DNA of 64,000 nucleotides from Promethearchaeota archaeon (GCA_019894975.1 JAGXNO010000001.1:165677-229676), one strand, 5' to 3'; shown: positions 9,795-20,028, numbered from the stretch's first letter. A program made the numbers and translations. The notes: a model not told the origin generated them from the letters alone.

Positions 9795-10118
9795 TTACAT
9801 TTCCAATTTTTTTGCTTTTGCATTCCCAGATACTTCGGGATTTACTTTTTCTAATTCACCAATTAATTGGAATGTCTTATCATCATTTAATGCTTCACTA
9901 AATTTAATGAGAAATTCTTTACTCCCAACAAACAGACCTTTTCTCTTTAATGGCTTGCCATCCTCTTTAAGAGGGTTTATCTCTAAGAAAAGAAGTGCTG
10001 GTCTTGTTTTTGTAGCGGGAACTTTGACAACGTTCACACCATCAACGGGAGTTTCCATTTTTTCCCAATCAGCAGCATTTTTTAAATGAGCTTTTAATTG
10101 TTCTTCTATGCTTGACAT
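9795..10118 (-). CDS. hypothetical protein, possibly PC4-like nucleic-acid binding
   Basis: Likely start MSSIEEQ at 10118. 'LEINPLKEDGKPLKRKGLFV' loosely resembles the PC4/Sub1 'P.KKGI.L' strand. Confidence 0.6.
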   Translation of the reverse strand: MSSIEEQLKAHLKNAADWEKMETPVDGVNVVKVPATKTRPALLFLEINPLKEDGKPLKRKGLFVGSKEFLIKFSEALNDDKTFQLIGELEKVNPEVSGNAKAKKLEM

Positions 10119-10390
10119 AATATGTAACATGTAACACCTATGTCTTATAAATTTTAGTAAAAATAATATGAGTCACTTTTTTGAAATAAACTGTGATATC
10201 AAAACAGTCTAAAATTCTTGAAATTTTTGTCTATTAAAAGTAATATTCTATGTTATACCTTGAATTATATAATAAAGAAAAATTATTTATTCTGTCGGAT
10301 TTCTTGGGGTCAACTTCCACTAAATCTTTAAATATATCACTCTCGTATATATCTGTATTAATTAAAACTAAAAAATTTAAGGTGATTTTT

Positions 10391-10612
10391 ATAAAATTAA
10401 TTTCTGTTAATCTTCCTGAATCTTATCTGAAAGTTTTGGAGGTCCTCGTCGCTGAGGGCAAATTCCCGAATAGGAGTGAAGCAATTCGAGTTTCAATTAG
10501 AGATTTAATCAAAACTGAATATTTAATTGAAGAATCAATTGAGAGAAATACTCGTCATCCCATTTTAGAGCCTGAAATTGTAAATAAAGTAGAAGAAAAA
10601 TTATTTACATAA
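10391..10612 (+). CDS. ribbon-helix-helix transcription regulator, CdrS-like
   Basis: KLISVNLPESYLKVLEVLVAEGKFPNRSEAIRVSIRDLI matches archaeal RHH/CdrS (G.FPNRSEAIR). GGTGA RBS at 10381-10385 precedes an in-frame ATA at 10391; the track start at 10250 adds low-complexity residues. Confidence 0.85.
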   Translation: MKLISVNLPESYLKVLEVLVAEGKFPNRSEAIRVSIRDLIKTEYLIEESIERNTRHPILEPEIVNKVEEKLFT

Positions 10613-10653
10613 AAAGAGATTCATAATTCCTGATAATATAATTTATTTCCTTC

Positions 10654-13600
10654 CTATTTTTTTTTTAATAAATCTAAGACTTTTTTCCTTCTTTCTTCTC
10701 TTCTAGCAGCAATTCGAGCTTTCAACATTTCTGAATCACTTGGTTGTTCTTGGTCAGTGATTTCTATTTTTTTACCTAACTTCTTCTGAAATTCTATGAT
10801 TTTACCATCAATTTCAGCAATTATTTCTTCGTTAATATTGAGTTTTTCAAGGTGAAACTTAGATTCATTTAATTCGGAAATTACTTTCATGAAGCGATTA
10901 TTTAGTATTGAGTCTTGTGCTCTATCTAAGGCTTTATATGCGGCTTCTACTTGTGTTCTGCTTCCTAAATTATCTGTTGGTAGTAAGGTAATAATTGGGA
11001 CATTTGTTTCTTCTTTTACTTTTAAGATCAATTTATCTATCCTGTTCACTTCATCTTTTCTTCCTGATTTTTCTAATTTTCCACGCTCTATTATAAGGAT
11101 TTTTATTCCTTCATTATATTTATAATTTTCAATTAATTTTTCAGCCCTGTCTACTTCTTTGATACCTTTTCTTTCAGATTTTTCTTTTTCTAATTTTCGT
11201 TTTTCTGCTTTCTGTTGCGTTGCATATTCACGGCGTTCTTTTTCTGTTTCTTCCTTTAACACTTCCCTTTTCTTTACTTCATCTGCTCTTTTCTTCTTAA
11301 TATCTTCAAGAACGTCGTGGGCTTTCCTCTCTCTTTGCAATTTGAACAGAAGATCGTTATTTATACGAGATACTTCTCGTTTCCATGAAATTTTGTTAAA
11401 TAATTTACGTGCTTCCATATATTTGGCATAACCCTCATCAAATTTCTTACTATCGACTAAAGAAGTACCTTGCTTTAGAAGTTCATAGGCTTCTTCTGAG
11501 ATTTCTCTTTCCCATTGCTTTTCACTCTGTAATTTTAAAAATTCCTTTCTTTTTTCTTCTTGTTGACGTTTTTGTAATTCTTCTGCTTTCATAAACTTTT
11601 CTTCTAATCTTTCTTCAATTTTCAATTTTTCAGCTCTTTTATCTACTATAGTCTGTTGTTCATGTTCAAACATTTTCTGCTTCCTCTTAATCATAGCAAC
11701 AGAATCTCTAACCATGTTAATACCCTCCTGCCAGCTGATTTGAATAAAGATTTCCTCACTATTTTTATATAGTTCTATTGCTTTTTCGAAGTTATTCTGC
11801 TTTAATTCATTTTTTGCATGATCCATTAGCTGAAATGCTCTATCTTTTGTAGTTTCAAAATCCCTTGCTTTTTCTTCCCTCTCAATTAAAGATTCTTTTC
11901 GTTTTTTGATTATCCTTTCTTGTTCTTCTTTTGCATTTGCTTGCCTTTTTTTCTGTTTCAATTGTTCCTCTTCTTGCTTTTTTACTTTTTCAAATTCTAA
12001 AGACCTTAACCTTTTATCTTTCTCTAATTTATCCTTGTAAAATTGAATAGTATTTAAGAGTTTCATCGATTCTTCCATCCATCCAATTTCCTCGAATTTT
12101 TTTCTTGCTTCACGATAAATTTTGAGTATTTCTTCATAAGGGGGTTCATGATCAAAGTTTTTTTCTCTGATTTTTGATTCATATGCTTGTGCCATCCTCT
12201 CAGCATCATGGATTTCATTAAAAATAGTTTCTGCGATATTAGCTCGATCTTTCTTCTTTTTCTCAATCTCCAAAATCTTCTTTTCTTTTTCAAATAAATC
12301 TTTTTCAGTATGAGTTTTGGCAGCTAATAATTCTTGTTCTGGTTCTTCTAACTTCTTTCTTTCAATTTCTCTTAGTTTTTCGTCTTTTTCTTTCTTATCT
12401 GTATAGAATTTAATAGTATTAATTAAACGACCGGCTTCATCGTTCCACCCAATTTTTTGCAATAACTTTTTAGCTTCATTATAATACGAAATAGCTTTTT
12501 CATACGGGCTCTCATATAAAAGGACATCCGTTTTTATACTTATTTCATAATTTTTTACTAATTTCTCCGCTTGGTCGATGAGATTCATAGCTTTATCTAA
12601 TAATATATCTTCTTCTTTAGCACTTGTATCAATTTCTTTTATTTTATCAGATTTGGCTGGTTTGAATTCATCTTTAACTCTATGCATTTCTTCAATATCC
12701 TGTATTCTTTTTGCTTTTTTAGCTTCTACCTCACGTAAAATTTCGTTTTTCTTCAATTTTTCTTGGTAAATTTTAATTTGGTTAAAGTAAATTTTTGATT
12801 GATCAACCCAACCTCTCTCAAGCAATTCATTTTGGATTTGTCTATAAATTTCAATGATTTCAAGATAAGGTGTTTGTTCAATGAATTCTCCCTTTTTTAA
12901 AGCCTTTTTCAGTGCAGAGTCATATTCTCGTTCAAGCTTCTCTGCGTTGTTGATTATTTCTAAAATATAATTTTGGAATTCATTTTCCTCCTTTTTACTT
13001 GCTAATCTTTTCATTTTGCTTAGATCTAATTCAGTAGTAGCTTCAGCTTTATGCAAATCTTCAATGTCTTTTTCTCTTTGAAATTTTTGAGCTTCTACTT
13101 CAAGTAGTTTGATGTGCCTTTCCAATTTATCCTGATATATTTTGATCTGATTTGCATATACCTGTGCTTGTTCTTTCCACCCTCTAGCATAAACTTTTTC
13201 ACGAATTTGATGATAACTTTCAATCACTTCTTCATAAGGTGTACTCTCCAAAATCTCTCCTTTTCTCATGGCTTTTCTCATTGCGATTTCATGTTCTCGT
13301 ACTAATTTTTCTGCTTTATTAACCATATCTGTAATAAAACTTTCAAAATCCTCTTCTTCCTTTTTTTTCTCAAGGAGTTCTAATCTACCCTTATCAATCT
13401 CAACTTTTCTTCCACCTTTATGCATTTCTTCAATTTCAGTTTGCTTTTGGATTTTTTGAGCTTCAACTTCGCGTAAGTTGTTATCTTTCTCCCACTGTTG
13501 AGCATAATAACTAATTTGATTATCAAAAGTTGATATGTCTTCCGTTCTTCCTTTAGTAAGGCCTATCTGCCTTGCTCGTTCATAAATCTTGATAATATCC

Positions 13601-15567
13601 TCAAATGGAGGATTTTCTCCTAATTTACCTCTTCTTACAGCTGTTTTCATATCTGTATCATATTCTCTTGCCAATCTTTCAGCTTTGTTAATCATGTCAT
13701 TAATTAACTGTTTAAAATCCTCCTCTTCCTGCTGTTGTTGCCTTTGTTCTGTAATCTTCGTCAATTTTTCATCTTCAATACCAATTTTTTTCTCTTCTTT
13801 TTGTATTTTTAATATATCTTCTACTTGTTTCTGTTTTAACTCCTTTTCCGCTTCAATCTGTCTTAATTTTTTATCTTTTCCTAGTTTTTCTGTATAAGCT
13901 TGAACTTGGCTCAAATATATCGCAGCATCTGTTTCCCAACCTCTCTCAAGGGATCGTTCTCTTGCTGTTTTGAAAATATTGATAATTTCGGGATAAGGGC
14001 ATTCTAATTCAAATTTTCCTTTTCGGAGAGCGACTTCATATTCTCTGGCTAGTCTTTCAGCTTTATTAGTCATTTCTTCATTTTCAGTTCTAATTTTTTG
14101 GTTTTCTATTTCTTTACTGAATTTTTCATCCGATACTTGTGGACCTTTTTCTTTTAGAGCAGGTATTTCTTCCACTCTCGTAACTTTTAAGAAATCCTCT
14201 GCTTCTTTTTGTTTTATAACTTTTTCAGCTTCAATCTGTCTAATTTTTTTATCTTGTTCAAATTTCTGAATATAGACATTGATGGTATCATCATAAATTG
14301 CTGCTTCACTTCTCCATCCTTTATCAATTAAAAGCTCCTTTATTTTCTTATAGATTTCAATAACTTGAGGATAAGTACAATCTTCAATTAACTCCCCTTT
14401 TTTAATTGCTTTTTGCATTGCTAATTCATATTCACGAGCCATGCGAGACGCTTCGGTGACCATATTATCAATTTGGGCTTTAAAAAACTCAGTCTCCATC
14501 TTTTGAAGCTCAATTCCTCTAAACCTCTCCAATTTTTCAATTCTTACGTCTGACGCTATTTCCTTTACTTGTTGTTCAAGAGAATCTACTTGATCCTTTT
14601 GAGTTTCAATCTCCATTTCCGGCCCTACTTCTTTTTTCTCCAACTCTTCTACATAAGTTAGGTGTTCTGCATTCAATTGAGCGAGAGTTTCGTCTATTTT
14701 CTTTACCTCATATTCCCAACCTAGCTCTTGAAATAATTTACGCCCTTCACCATATAGTTGTAACGCCTCCTTATACTGTTTATACCTGGATAATTCCGCT
14801 GCTTGTCCTAATAGGTCGTATGCCTGTGTTGAGAGTTCCTCCTCCTTTTTTTTAGAACTAAGGTATTGTGTTAATTTATCATCTTTTAATTGACCTTCGG
14901 CAGGAGTTTCTCTTAGTTCTGGTTCAACTTGAGTCTCAGACGTACCGACTTTTACGCTCCGCAGAAATTCTGCTTTTTTAATGTAACATTCTTCAATTAG
15001 TTTAAAAACGCGATCAACTTCGTCTGGTTTATTCATACTTTCGAAAATCTCAATAGCCTCATCATATTTATCTAAAGCTTCTTCGAAACTATTATTTTGC
15101 AGCAAATTATTACCATCATTGATTAAATCGACTGCTTTTGCTAATAAATCTACTATAAATTCCTCTTGAGCTAATTCAAGTTGGAGATCAGAAGCAAGAG
15201 GTTCATCAGGAATATCCACCACAATGGCTTTTTCAGCATCTTGATCTTGTTTAATTTCATCTTCTCGAAATGCTTGCTCCTTTAATAAATAGACTTCAGA
15301 GATTTTATCGTTAATGGCTTTAATCTCTTCTTCTCTATTAATTTGGGCATAGAGTCCAATAGCCTGGCGTAAAACCTCTATACTGTCATCATAATATTTG
15401 GTTTTTATAAGATTTAATGCATGTTCAACCCGTTCATACGCTTCAGAAGCAATATCCTCTTCCATTCCAATTAAATCTGAAAAAAACGCTTCTTTTGTTG
15501 GATCAAATCCATCCTCATCATCTTCTTCAAACTCATCTTCTTCATGCTCATCCATACGAATCACCAA
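10654..15567 (-). CDS. 1637-aa charged helical-repeat protein (TPR/MIT-like three-helix modules separated by coiled-coil linkers)
   Basis: Seven copies of 'AE+LAREY...PY.EII.IY...GW..E...I..Y..K...D..LR..E..K' plus shorter TPR-like units at both ends; acidic N-terminus. Confidence 0.8.
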   Translation of the reverse strand: MVIRMDEHEEDEFEEDDEDGFDPTKEAFFSDLIGMEEDIASEAYERVEHALNLIKTKYYDDSIEVLRQAIGLYAQINREEEIKAINDKISEVYLLKEQAFREDEIKQDQDAEKAIVVDIPDEPLASDLQLELAQEEFIVDLLAKAVDLINDGNNLLQNNSFEEALDKYDEAIEIFESMNKPDEVDRVFKLIEECYIKKAEFLRSVKVGTSETQVEPELRETPAEGQLKDDKLTQYLSSKKKEEELSTQAYDLLGQAAELSRYKQYKEALQLYGEGRKLFQELGWEYEVKKIDETLAQLNAEHLTYVEELEKKEVGPEMEIETQKDQVDSLEQQVKEIASDVRIEKLERFRGIELQKMETEFFKAQIDNMVTEASRMAREYELAMQKAIKKGELIEDCTYPQVIEIYKKIKELLIDKGWRSEAAIYDDTINVYIQKFEQDKKIRQIEAEKVIKQKEAEDFLKVTRVEEIPALKEKGPQVSDEKFSKEIENQKIRTENEEMTNKAERLAREYEVALRKGKFELECPYPEIINIFKTARERSLERGWETDAAIYLSQVQAYTEKLGKDKKLRQIEAEKELKQKQVEDILKIQKEEKKIGIEDEKLTKITEQRQQQQEEEDFKQLINDMINKAERLAREYDTDMKTAVRRGKLGENPPFEDIIKIYERARQIGLTKGRTEDISTFDNQISYYAQQWEKDNNLREVEAQKIQKQTEIEEMHKGGRKVEIDKGRLELLEKKKEEEDFESFITDMVNKAEKLVREHEIAMRKAMRKGEILESTPYEEVIESYHQIREKVYARGWKEQAQVYANQIKIYQDKLERHIKLLEVEAQKFQREKDIEDLHKAEATTELDLSKMKRLASKKEENEFQNYILEIINNAEKLEREYDSALKKALKKGEFIEQTPYLEIIEIYRQIQNELLERGWVDQSKIYFNQIKIYQEKLKKNEILREVEAKKAKRIQDIEEMHRVKDEFKPAKSDKIKEIDTSAKEEDILLDKAMNLIDQAEKLVKNYEISIKTDVLLYESPYEKAISYYNEAKKLLQKIGWNDEAGRLINTIKFYTDKKEKDEKLREIERKKLEEPEQELLAAKTHTEKDLFEKEKKILEIEKKKKDRANIAETIFNEIHDAERMAQAYESKIREKNFDHEPPYEEILKIYREARKKFEEIGWMEESMKLLNTIQFYKDKLEKDKRLRSLEFEKVKKQEEEQLKQKKRQANAKEEQERIIKKRKESLIEREEKARDFETTKDRAFQLMDHAKNELKQNNFEKAIELYKNSEEIFIQISWQEGINMVRDSVAMIKRKQKMFEHEQQTIVDKRAEKLKIEERLEEKFMKAEELQKRQQEEKRKEFLKLQSEKQWEREISEEAYELLKQGTSLVDSKKFDEGYAKYMEARKLFNKISWKREVSRINNDLLFKLQRERKAHDVLEDIKKKRADEVKKREVLKEETEKERREYATQQKAEKRKLEKEKSERKGIKEVDRAEKLIENYKYNEGIKILIIERGKLEKSGRKDEVNRIDKLILKVKEETNVPIITLLPTDNLGSRTQVEAAYKALDRAQDSILNNRFMKVISELNESKFHLEKLNINEEIIAEIDGKIIEFQKKLGKKIEITDQEQPSDSEMLKARIAARREERRKKVLDLLKKK

Positions 15568-15677
15568 AATTCATGGTAAATAATTTGTAAAATAATCGAT
15601 AATGATTATTGTCTAAAAAAAATGTAATAATTCTACTATTACTATTATTCATAAATCAAAAATAAAAATTTAATTAA

Positions 15678-16070
15678 TTACAGTTCAAACTTTCCCAATT
15701 TACTATTAAGAAATTCATCACAAATTTTCCCTCCCTCGTTTGTCAAAGACCACCCATTTGAATCTCTTCTAACCAAATTTAGTCTTTCTACTTCTGTTAA
15801 AATGTCATGAACTTCCGCTTCAGTTTTACGGATATTAAAATCTACTCTAAGACTAAATGCAATCTCATCGATTGGGACCGCACCTCCAAGTTCATCCTCC
15901 ATTACCCCAAGAGCAGCAATGATACGATTTTGTTCAGTCATTCCTGCGTCCATGGAACTTGAAATCTCGCTTTGTAGCCAAGGATTTTTCTCAAGCATCT
16001 TTTTTATTTTTTTCTCATCACCATTCTTAAACGCGCCATCAAATTCTTCTCTAATCTTCTTCTTTGCCAT
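15678..16070 (-). CDS. winged-helix domain protein
   Basis: 'QNRIIAAL...GGAVPIDEI...VHDILTEVERLNLVRRDSNGWSLTNEG' is a wHTH wing pattern. Confidence 0.65.
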   Translation of the reverse strand: MAKKKIREEFDGAFKNGDEKKIKKMLEKNPWLQSEISSSMDAGMTEQNRIIAALGVMEDELGGAVPIDEIAFSLRVDFNIRKTEAEVHDILTEVERLNLVRRDSNGWSLTNEGGKICDEFLNSKLGKFEL

Positions 16071-16188
16071 AATAGATGCCTGTCCTAATTTAATTATCTG
16101 AAAAAATTTGAAATTATTTATTACTATCTATATAATAAATTTAGATAATAAAATCTTTTATGATAACTAAAACTAATAAAAAAGAGAT

Positions 16189-16908
16189 TTATACTAATTT
16201 TTTCAGAAATCCTTCGACTTCTACCTTATCAGCCATATGAAATTTCTTATCTTCACCCTTAATATAAGCCAACCGGATGTTATCCTTGGTTGCCTCCTCA
16301 TCTATTGAATCTTTTAGGGCATTTAAGGTTGCACTTACTAACTCATCAAAGGTCATTCCTGCATTCCAATTGTCAATAAGATATTGTCGGGCATTAGCTT
16401 CACCGTTACCTAGCGCGTATGCTTTAAAAGGACGGTAAATCCCACTTGGAGATGTAGTGTATATTTGAGTACCCATAGCATCAATTCCGATAAAGAAAAG
16501 TGCGCAACCCCATGGTCTTACGCCTCCAAACTGCGTATACTGTTGTTTTAAGTCTGCAACTGCCTTTGCTAACATATTTAACCGAACTGGCTCATCATAA
16601 GTTAATCTAAACGATTGAGCTTGTACTCGTGCATAATTAATTAGTGATCGAGAATCAGCGTGTAATCCAGATATAGCAACTCCAATATGTTCGTCTACTT
16701 GAAAAATCTTATCTATCGAGTTAGCATCCATCAAACTAGAAGAGATCTTTATCTGGGCAGCTATGCATACATCCTCCTTAGATTTTACCGCTACGGCGAG
16801 TGTTCCTCTTCTAACTGCTTCTAGCGCATACTCAACTTGAAATAGGCGCCCCTCGGGGCTAAATACTGTCAAAGCCCGGTCATATGCTCTACCTTGTCCA
16901 CCAAACAT
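16189..16908 (-). CDS. psmA: proteasome alpha subunit
   Basis: Signature YDRALTVFSPEGRLFQVEYA; GVRPWGC; SPSG. Confidence 0.97.
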   Translation of the reverse strand: MFGGQGRAYDRALTVFSPEGRLFQVEYALEAVRRGTLAVAVKSKEDVCIAAQIKISSSLMDANSIDKIFQVDEHIGVAISGLHADSRSLINYARVQAQSFRLTYDEPVRLNMLAKAVADLKQQYTQFGGVRPWGCALFFIGIDAMGTQIYTTSPSGIYRPFKAYALGNGEANARQYLIDNWNAGMTFDELVSATLNALKDSIDEEATKDNIRLAYIKGEDKKFHMADKVEVEGFLKKLV

Positions 16909-17002
16909 ACAGTTTCCAACCTTCTTTATATAATATTAGTATGAATTTAGTATCTAAAATAATTTAAATAATTTTAACTTAATGTTTATACTACATAAAA
17001 AG

Positions 17003-17566
17003 TTATTTCTTCTGGGTGTTATTCAAAATAGCGAGGGTTACTTCTTTAAAAATATCTTCAACTTGAAAGTTTTGCTTCGCACTCGCCTCATAATAAGAGA
17101 TCGAATTCATTTCCTCCTTGAGTGCTTCCCCATCTGTTGCTCCTACTTCTCTAGTCCCTTGATCTGCTAAATCCATTTTGTTTCCTACTAAAATACTTGG
17201 TCGACTGTTACCAATAACTTTTTCAACCTCATCTTTCCATTCTAGCATATTTTGAAACGAGCTCCTTCGCGTAAGGTCGAAGACGTATACAATAGCAGTC
17301 GCTCCTCTATAAAAAGGAGGCCGTACGAAGCTAAAATGCTTCTGTCCTGCGAGATCCCAGATTTGTAGCTTAACGAGATAATTTGGGTACTCTTCTAAAT
17401 TAATTTGTTTAGTAGAGAAATTAGATCCAATTGTCATGATATAGTTATCTTTAAAAGTGTTTTCACAGTAGCGAAGAACCATGGAAGTTTTACCTACTCC
17501 ACCATCACCAACAACACATACTTTATAAATAAAAGATCGGACAGAGCTATCTGGAATTTTACCCAC
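17003..17566 (-). CDS. Rab-like small GTPase (Ras superfamily)
   Basis: G1 GDGGVGKT, G2 TIG, G3 WDLAGQ, FYRGA, G4 NKMD, G5 SAK; no C-terminal Cys. Confidence 0.95.
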   Translation of the reverse strand: MGKIPDSSVRSFIYKVCVVGDGGVGKTSMVLRYCENTFKDNYIMTIGSNFSTKQINLEEYPNYLVKLQIWDLAGQKHFSFVRPPFYRGATAIVYVFDLTRRSSFQNMLEWKDEVEKVIGNSRPSILVGNKMDLADQGTREVGATDGEALKEEMNSISYYEASAKQNFQVEDIFKEVTLAILNNTQKK

Positions 17567-17890
17567 TCACCTTTCTAATTAATCTAAATAATACGATACA
17601 AGTCTAAATCCAAGAATTTAATATAGACTAATTTATCTAAAATTATTGAATTTTTCATGCTTGAGTAATACTATTAATATATTTGATTAATAAAAATTCT
17701 TTTATTAAATTTTTATGTTTTATAAGGAATTTTCTTGAGCATCTTATAATTTTATATCGAACAAATTTAGCTGCTGTAATTCCTCTAATTGAAATATTTT
17801 AAGGTTGCGTATTTGGGAAGTGATTTAGGTTCGTAATTTACGATTTGCAAATATTTAAAAATTCGAACTAGATTATTCATATGAAAAGCT

Positions 17891-18520
17891 GTGATTGGGA
17901 CTGAGGAAACTGCATTAGTAAATATGATATGCCCTTACTGTAAGGAGAGTTTTAGAAAGCAGGTTGAGTTTCAAAAAAAAACTGGGCTTTTTACAATATC
18001 AATTAAAAACCATCCAAATAGCGAAAATTGTCCTCCGTTTATAGCTTTTATAGATAACAACGGAAGACACAGAGGATCTCAGAAAATTGATGATGTAGAA
18101 GAGGATGCTTCCATTAATGAGCAACTCCTTGAAAATGCACGGGCAAACATAGGTGAATTAGAGAGCACTTTGAGATTTTACCATTTGAAAGTACCTAGGA
18201 AAGGAGGAAGAGGATTTGATCATAAAGTCGCCAGTGTCAAAGATAGACCCTTCCTAAGTTCAAAATTTTATAATCAGCTTATTGATTTTTTAACTGAAAC
18301 TGAAGATGACAACTCTTTTGGTGTAATAACAACAGAAGGTATATCAAATTTCGAAGGAGGGCTCATCATCTACGGAAAGTATCTTGGTATGATATTTACC
18401 ATGTTCTGGGATGATCAAAAAGGAGTTCAAAATAAGACTCTCGACGACATAAAAGGTTACTCCTATCTTACAGTAGAAAAATTATTAGACCTCTATGATT
18501 TGATGGATTTCTTCTTTTAG
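17891..18520 (+). CDS. hypothetical protein with N-terminal Zn-binding module
   Basis: CPYC...NH...C...FIAFIDNNG..RG pattern followed by an alpha/beta C-terminal region. Confidence 0.65.
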   Translation: MIGTEETALVNMICPYCKESFRKQVEFQKKTGLFTISIKNHPNSENCPPFIAFIDNNGRHRGSQKIDDVEEDASINEQLLENARANIGELESTLRFYHLKVPRKGGRGFDHKVASVKDRPFLSSKFYNQLIDFLTETEDDNSFGVITTEGISNFEGGLIIYGKYLGMIFTMFWDDQKGVQNKTLDDIKGYSYLTVEKLLDLYDLMDFFF

Positions 18521-18611
18521 AATGGATATTTAGGAGTTTTTATTTAAATCTTCTCATCTCGATATTTCTTTATTATAGTTATGTCACTATTTAATCAAAA
18601 TTTGGTGATAA

Positions 18612-19001
18612 ATGTTGAAAAGAGGAAATCAATATTATAGTGTAGAAGTAGACAAAGAAAAAAACAGAGTTAACTTCTCAATGACAGGATCTATTCCTGA
18701 TGTACCATCTGTAAGTAATTTTGAATCAGATTGGCATGCTACAGTTGGTGAATTAAATTCTGGTTTTACAATCATTGGTGATTTAAGCAAGTGCGATCCA
18801 CTTTCCCCTGATGTAGAAGCTCTTAATACAAAAGTTCAAGGCTGGATAATGGGTCAAGGGTGTAGTAAGGTTGCTCAATTAGTCGGGGATTTAAACACGA
18901 TGAGTCAAGTCAATGCTTTTGCTGAGAAATCTGGGATGAGAGAAATTTTAAGAGCTTTTAATATCGAGAGAACCGCTGTAATGTGGCTCGATATGAAATA
19001 A
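18612..19001 (+). CDS. STAS/SEC14 (SpoIIAA-like) domain protein
   Basis: 129 aa; 'FTIIGDLS', 'GCSKVAQLV' and C-terminal 'AF...TAVMWL' fit this fold; GGTGA RBS. Confidence 0.6.
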   Translation: MLKRGNQYYSVEVDKEKNRVNFSMTGSIPDVPSVSNFESDWHATVGELNSGFTIIGDLSKCDPLSPDVEALNTKVQGWIMGQGCSKVAQLVGDLNTMSQVNAFAEKSGMREILRAFNIERTAVMWLDMK

Positions 19002-19033
19002 ATTTCAATTTTTCTCTAGAATACAAATTAAGA

Positions 19034-19070
19034 ATTTTGGTTGTACACCAAAATCTATTTCTTTTTTGTT
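19034..19070 (+). terminator. hairpin plus T-tract terminator candidate
   Basis: ATTTTGGT/ACCAAAAT 8-bp stem (19034-19054) followed by a T-rich run, 33 nt after the stop codon. Confidence 0.5.
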
Positions 19071-19162
19071 TTATCTTAAATATGTTATAATTAGTCTAAA
19101 CTAAAGTTTAAAACTCATTCTCATATATATTAATTTATTTAGAAATGATCTAGATATACAAT

Positions 19163-19930
19163 ATGTTTATAGATGTCAATGGAATTAAAATAAATACCGT
19201 TTCTTTTGGTTCAGGAGAAGATACATTTCTTGGGATCAGTGGATTTGTTGCGGATTGGCGTGTTTGGTCGTTCGTTTTTGAGGAATTGAGTACTAGAATG
19301 CGATGTGTGGGCTTTGATCATCGTGGTTCAGGAGAAAGTACTGCGCCTCTTGAAACTATTTCAAAACAGTCTTATGTTGACGATTTGTTTAGTGTTATGG
19401 ATAAGCTTGGGATTGACAAGTGTTATTTAGGAGGAGAATCTTTTGGTGGAGCTATAGCTTTGCTTGCTGCATTAAAACAACCTGAACGTTTTAAGGGGCT
19501 CATCTTAATTGACACAAACTTACCAGATGCTAAACCGATTGATGAAAATAGAAAACAGTTTATCGATTTCTTGAGATCAGATCATAGAGGCGCAATAGAA
19601 GCTTTCATCGAATCTGTCATGCCAGAACCTAATATAGAGCATCTGAAACAAATGGGGGTTCATATTTGCTTGCGATCTGATATTGAGACAACTATTAAAA
19701 TACTTGAAATGGTTACTGAGGGAGAAGCGGATTATCCACTCAATGAGATTAAGACCCCAACGCTTATAGTTTATGGAGATAAGGATGGTGAAGATATTAT
19801 AGGAAACTCTCATTATCTTGAAAAAATACTACCTTATTCTGAATTGGTCGTTATTAAAGGTGCAGGGCATGTTCCTATAATTACTCGATCCCAAGAAGTT
19901 TTAGCTGCGATTAAAAGGAATTTTTTTTAA
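19163..19930 (+). CDS. alpha/beta fold hydrolase
   Basis: DHRGSGES, nucleophile elbow GESFGG, PTLIVYGDKD, GAGH. Confidence 0.92.
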   Translation: MFIDVNGIKINTVSFGSGEDTFLGISGFVADWRVWSFVFEELSTRMRCVGFDHRGSGESTAPLETISKQSYVDDLFSVMDKLGIDKCYLGGESFGGAIALLAALKQPERFKGLILIDTNLPDAKPIDENRKQFIDFLRSDHRGAIEAFIESVMPEPNIEHLKQMGVHICLRSDIETTIKILEMVTEGEADYPLNEIKTPTLIVYGDKDGEDIIGNSHYLEKILPYSELVVIKGAGHVPIITRSQEVLAAIKRNFF

Positions 19931-20028
19931 AATTTATTAATTATCGGATAAGTTTCTTTTAATTAGCTTCACACAATTTCATTAAATCGCTGAGGAAATC
20001 ATCTAAAGTAATGAAAAAAGAAAAATTA

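Noticed and set aside
10250-10390. N-terminal 47 aa of the RHH ORF
   Set aside because: It spans TATA-like and RBS signals; the domain starts at 10391.
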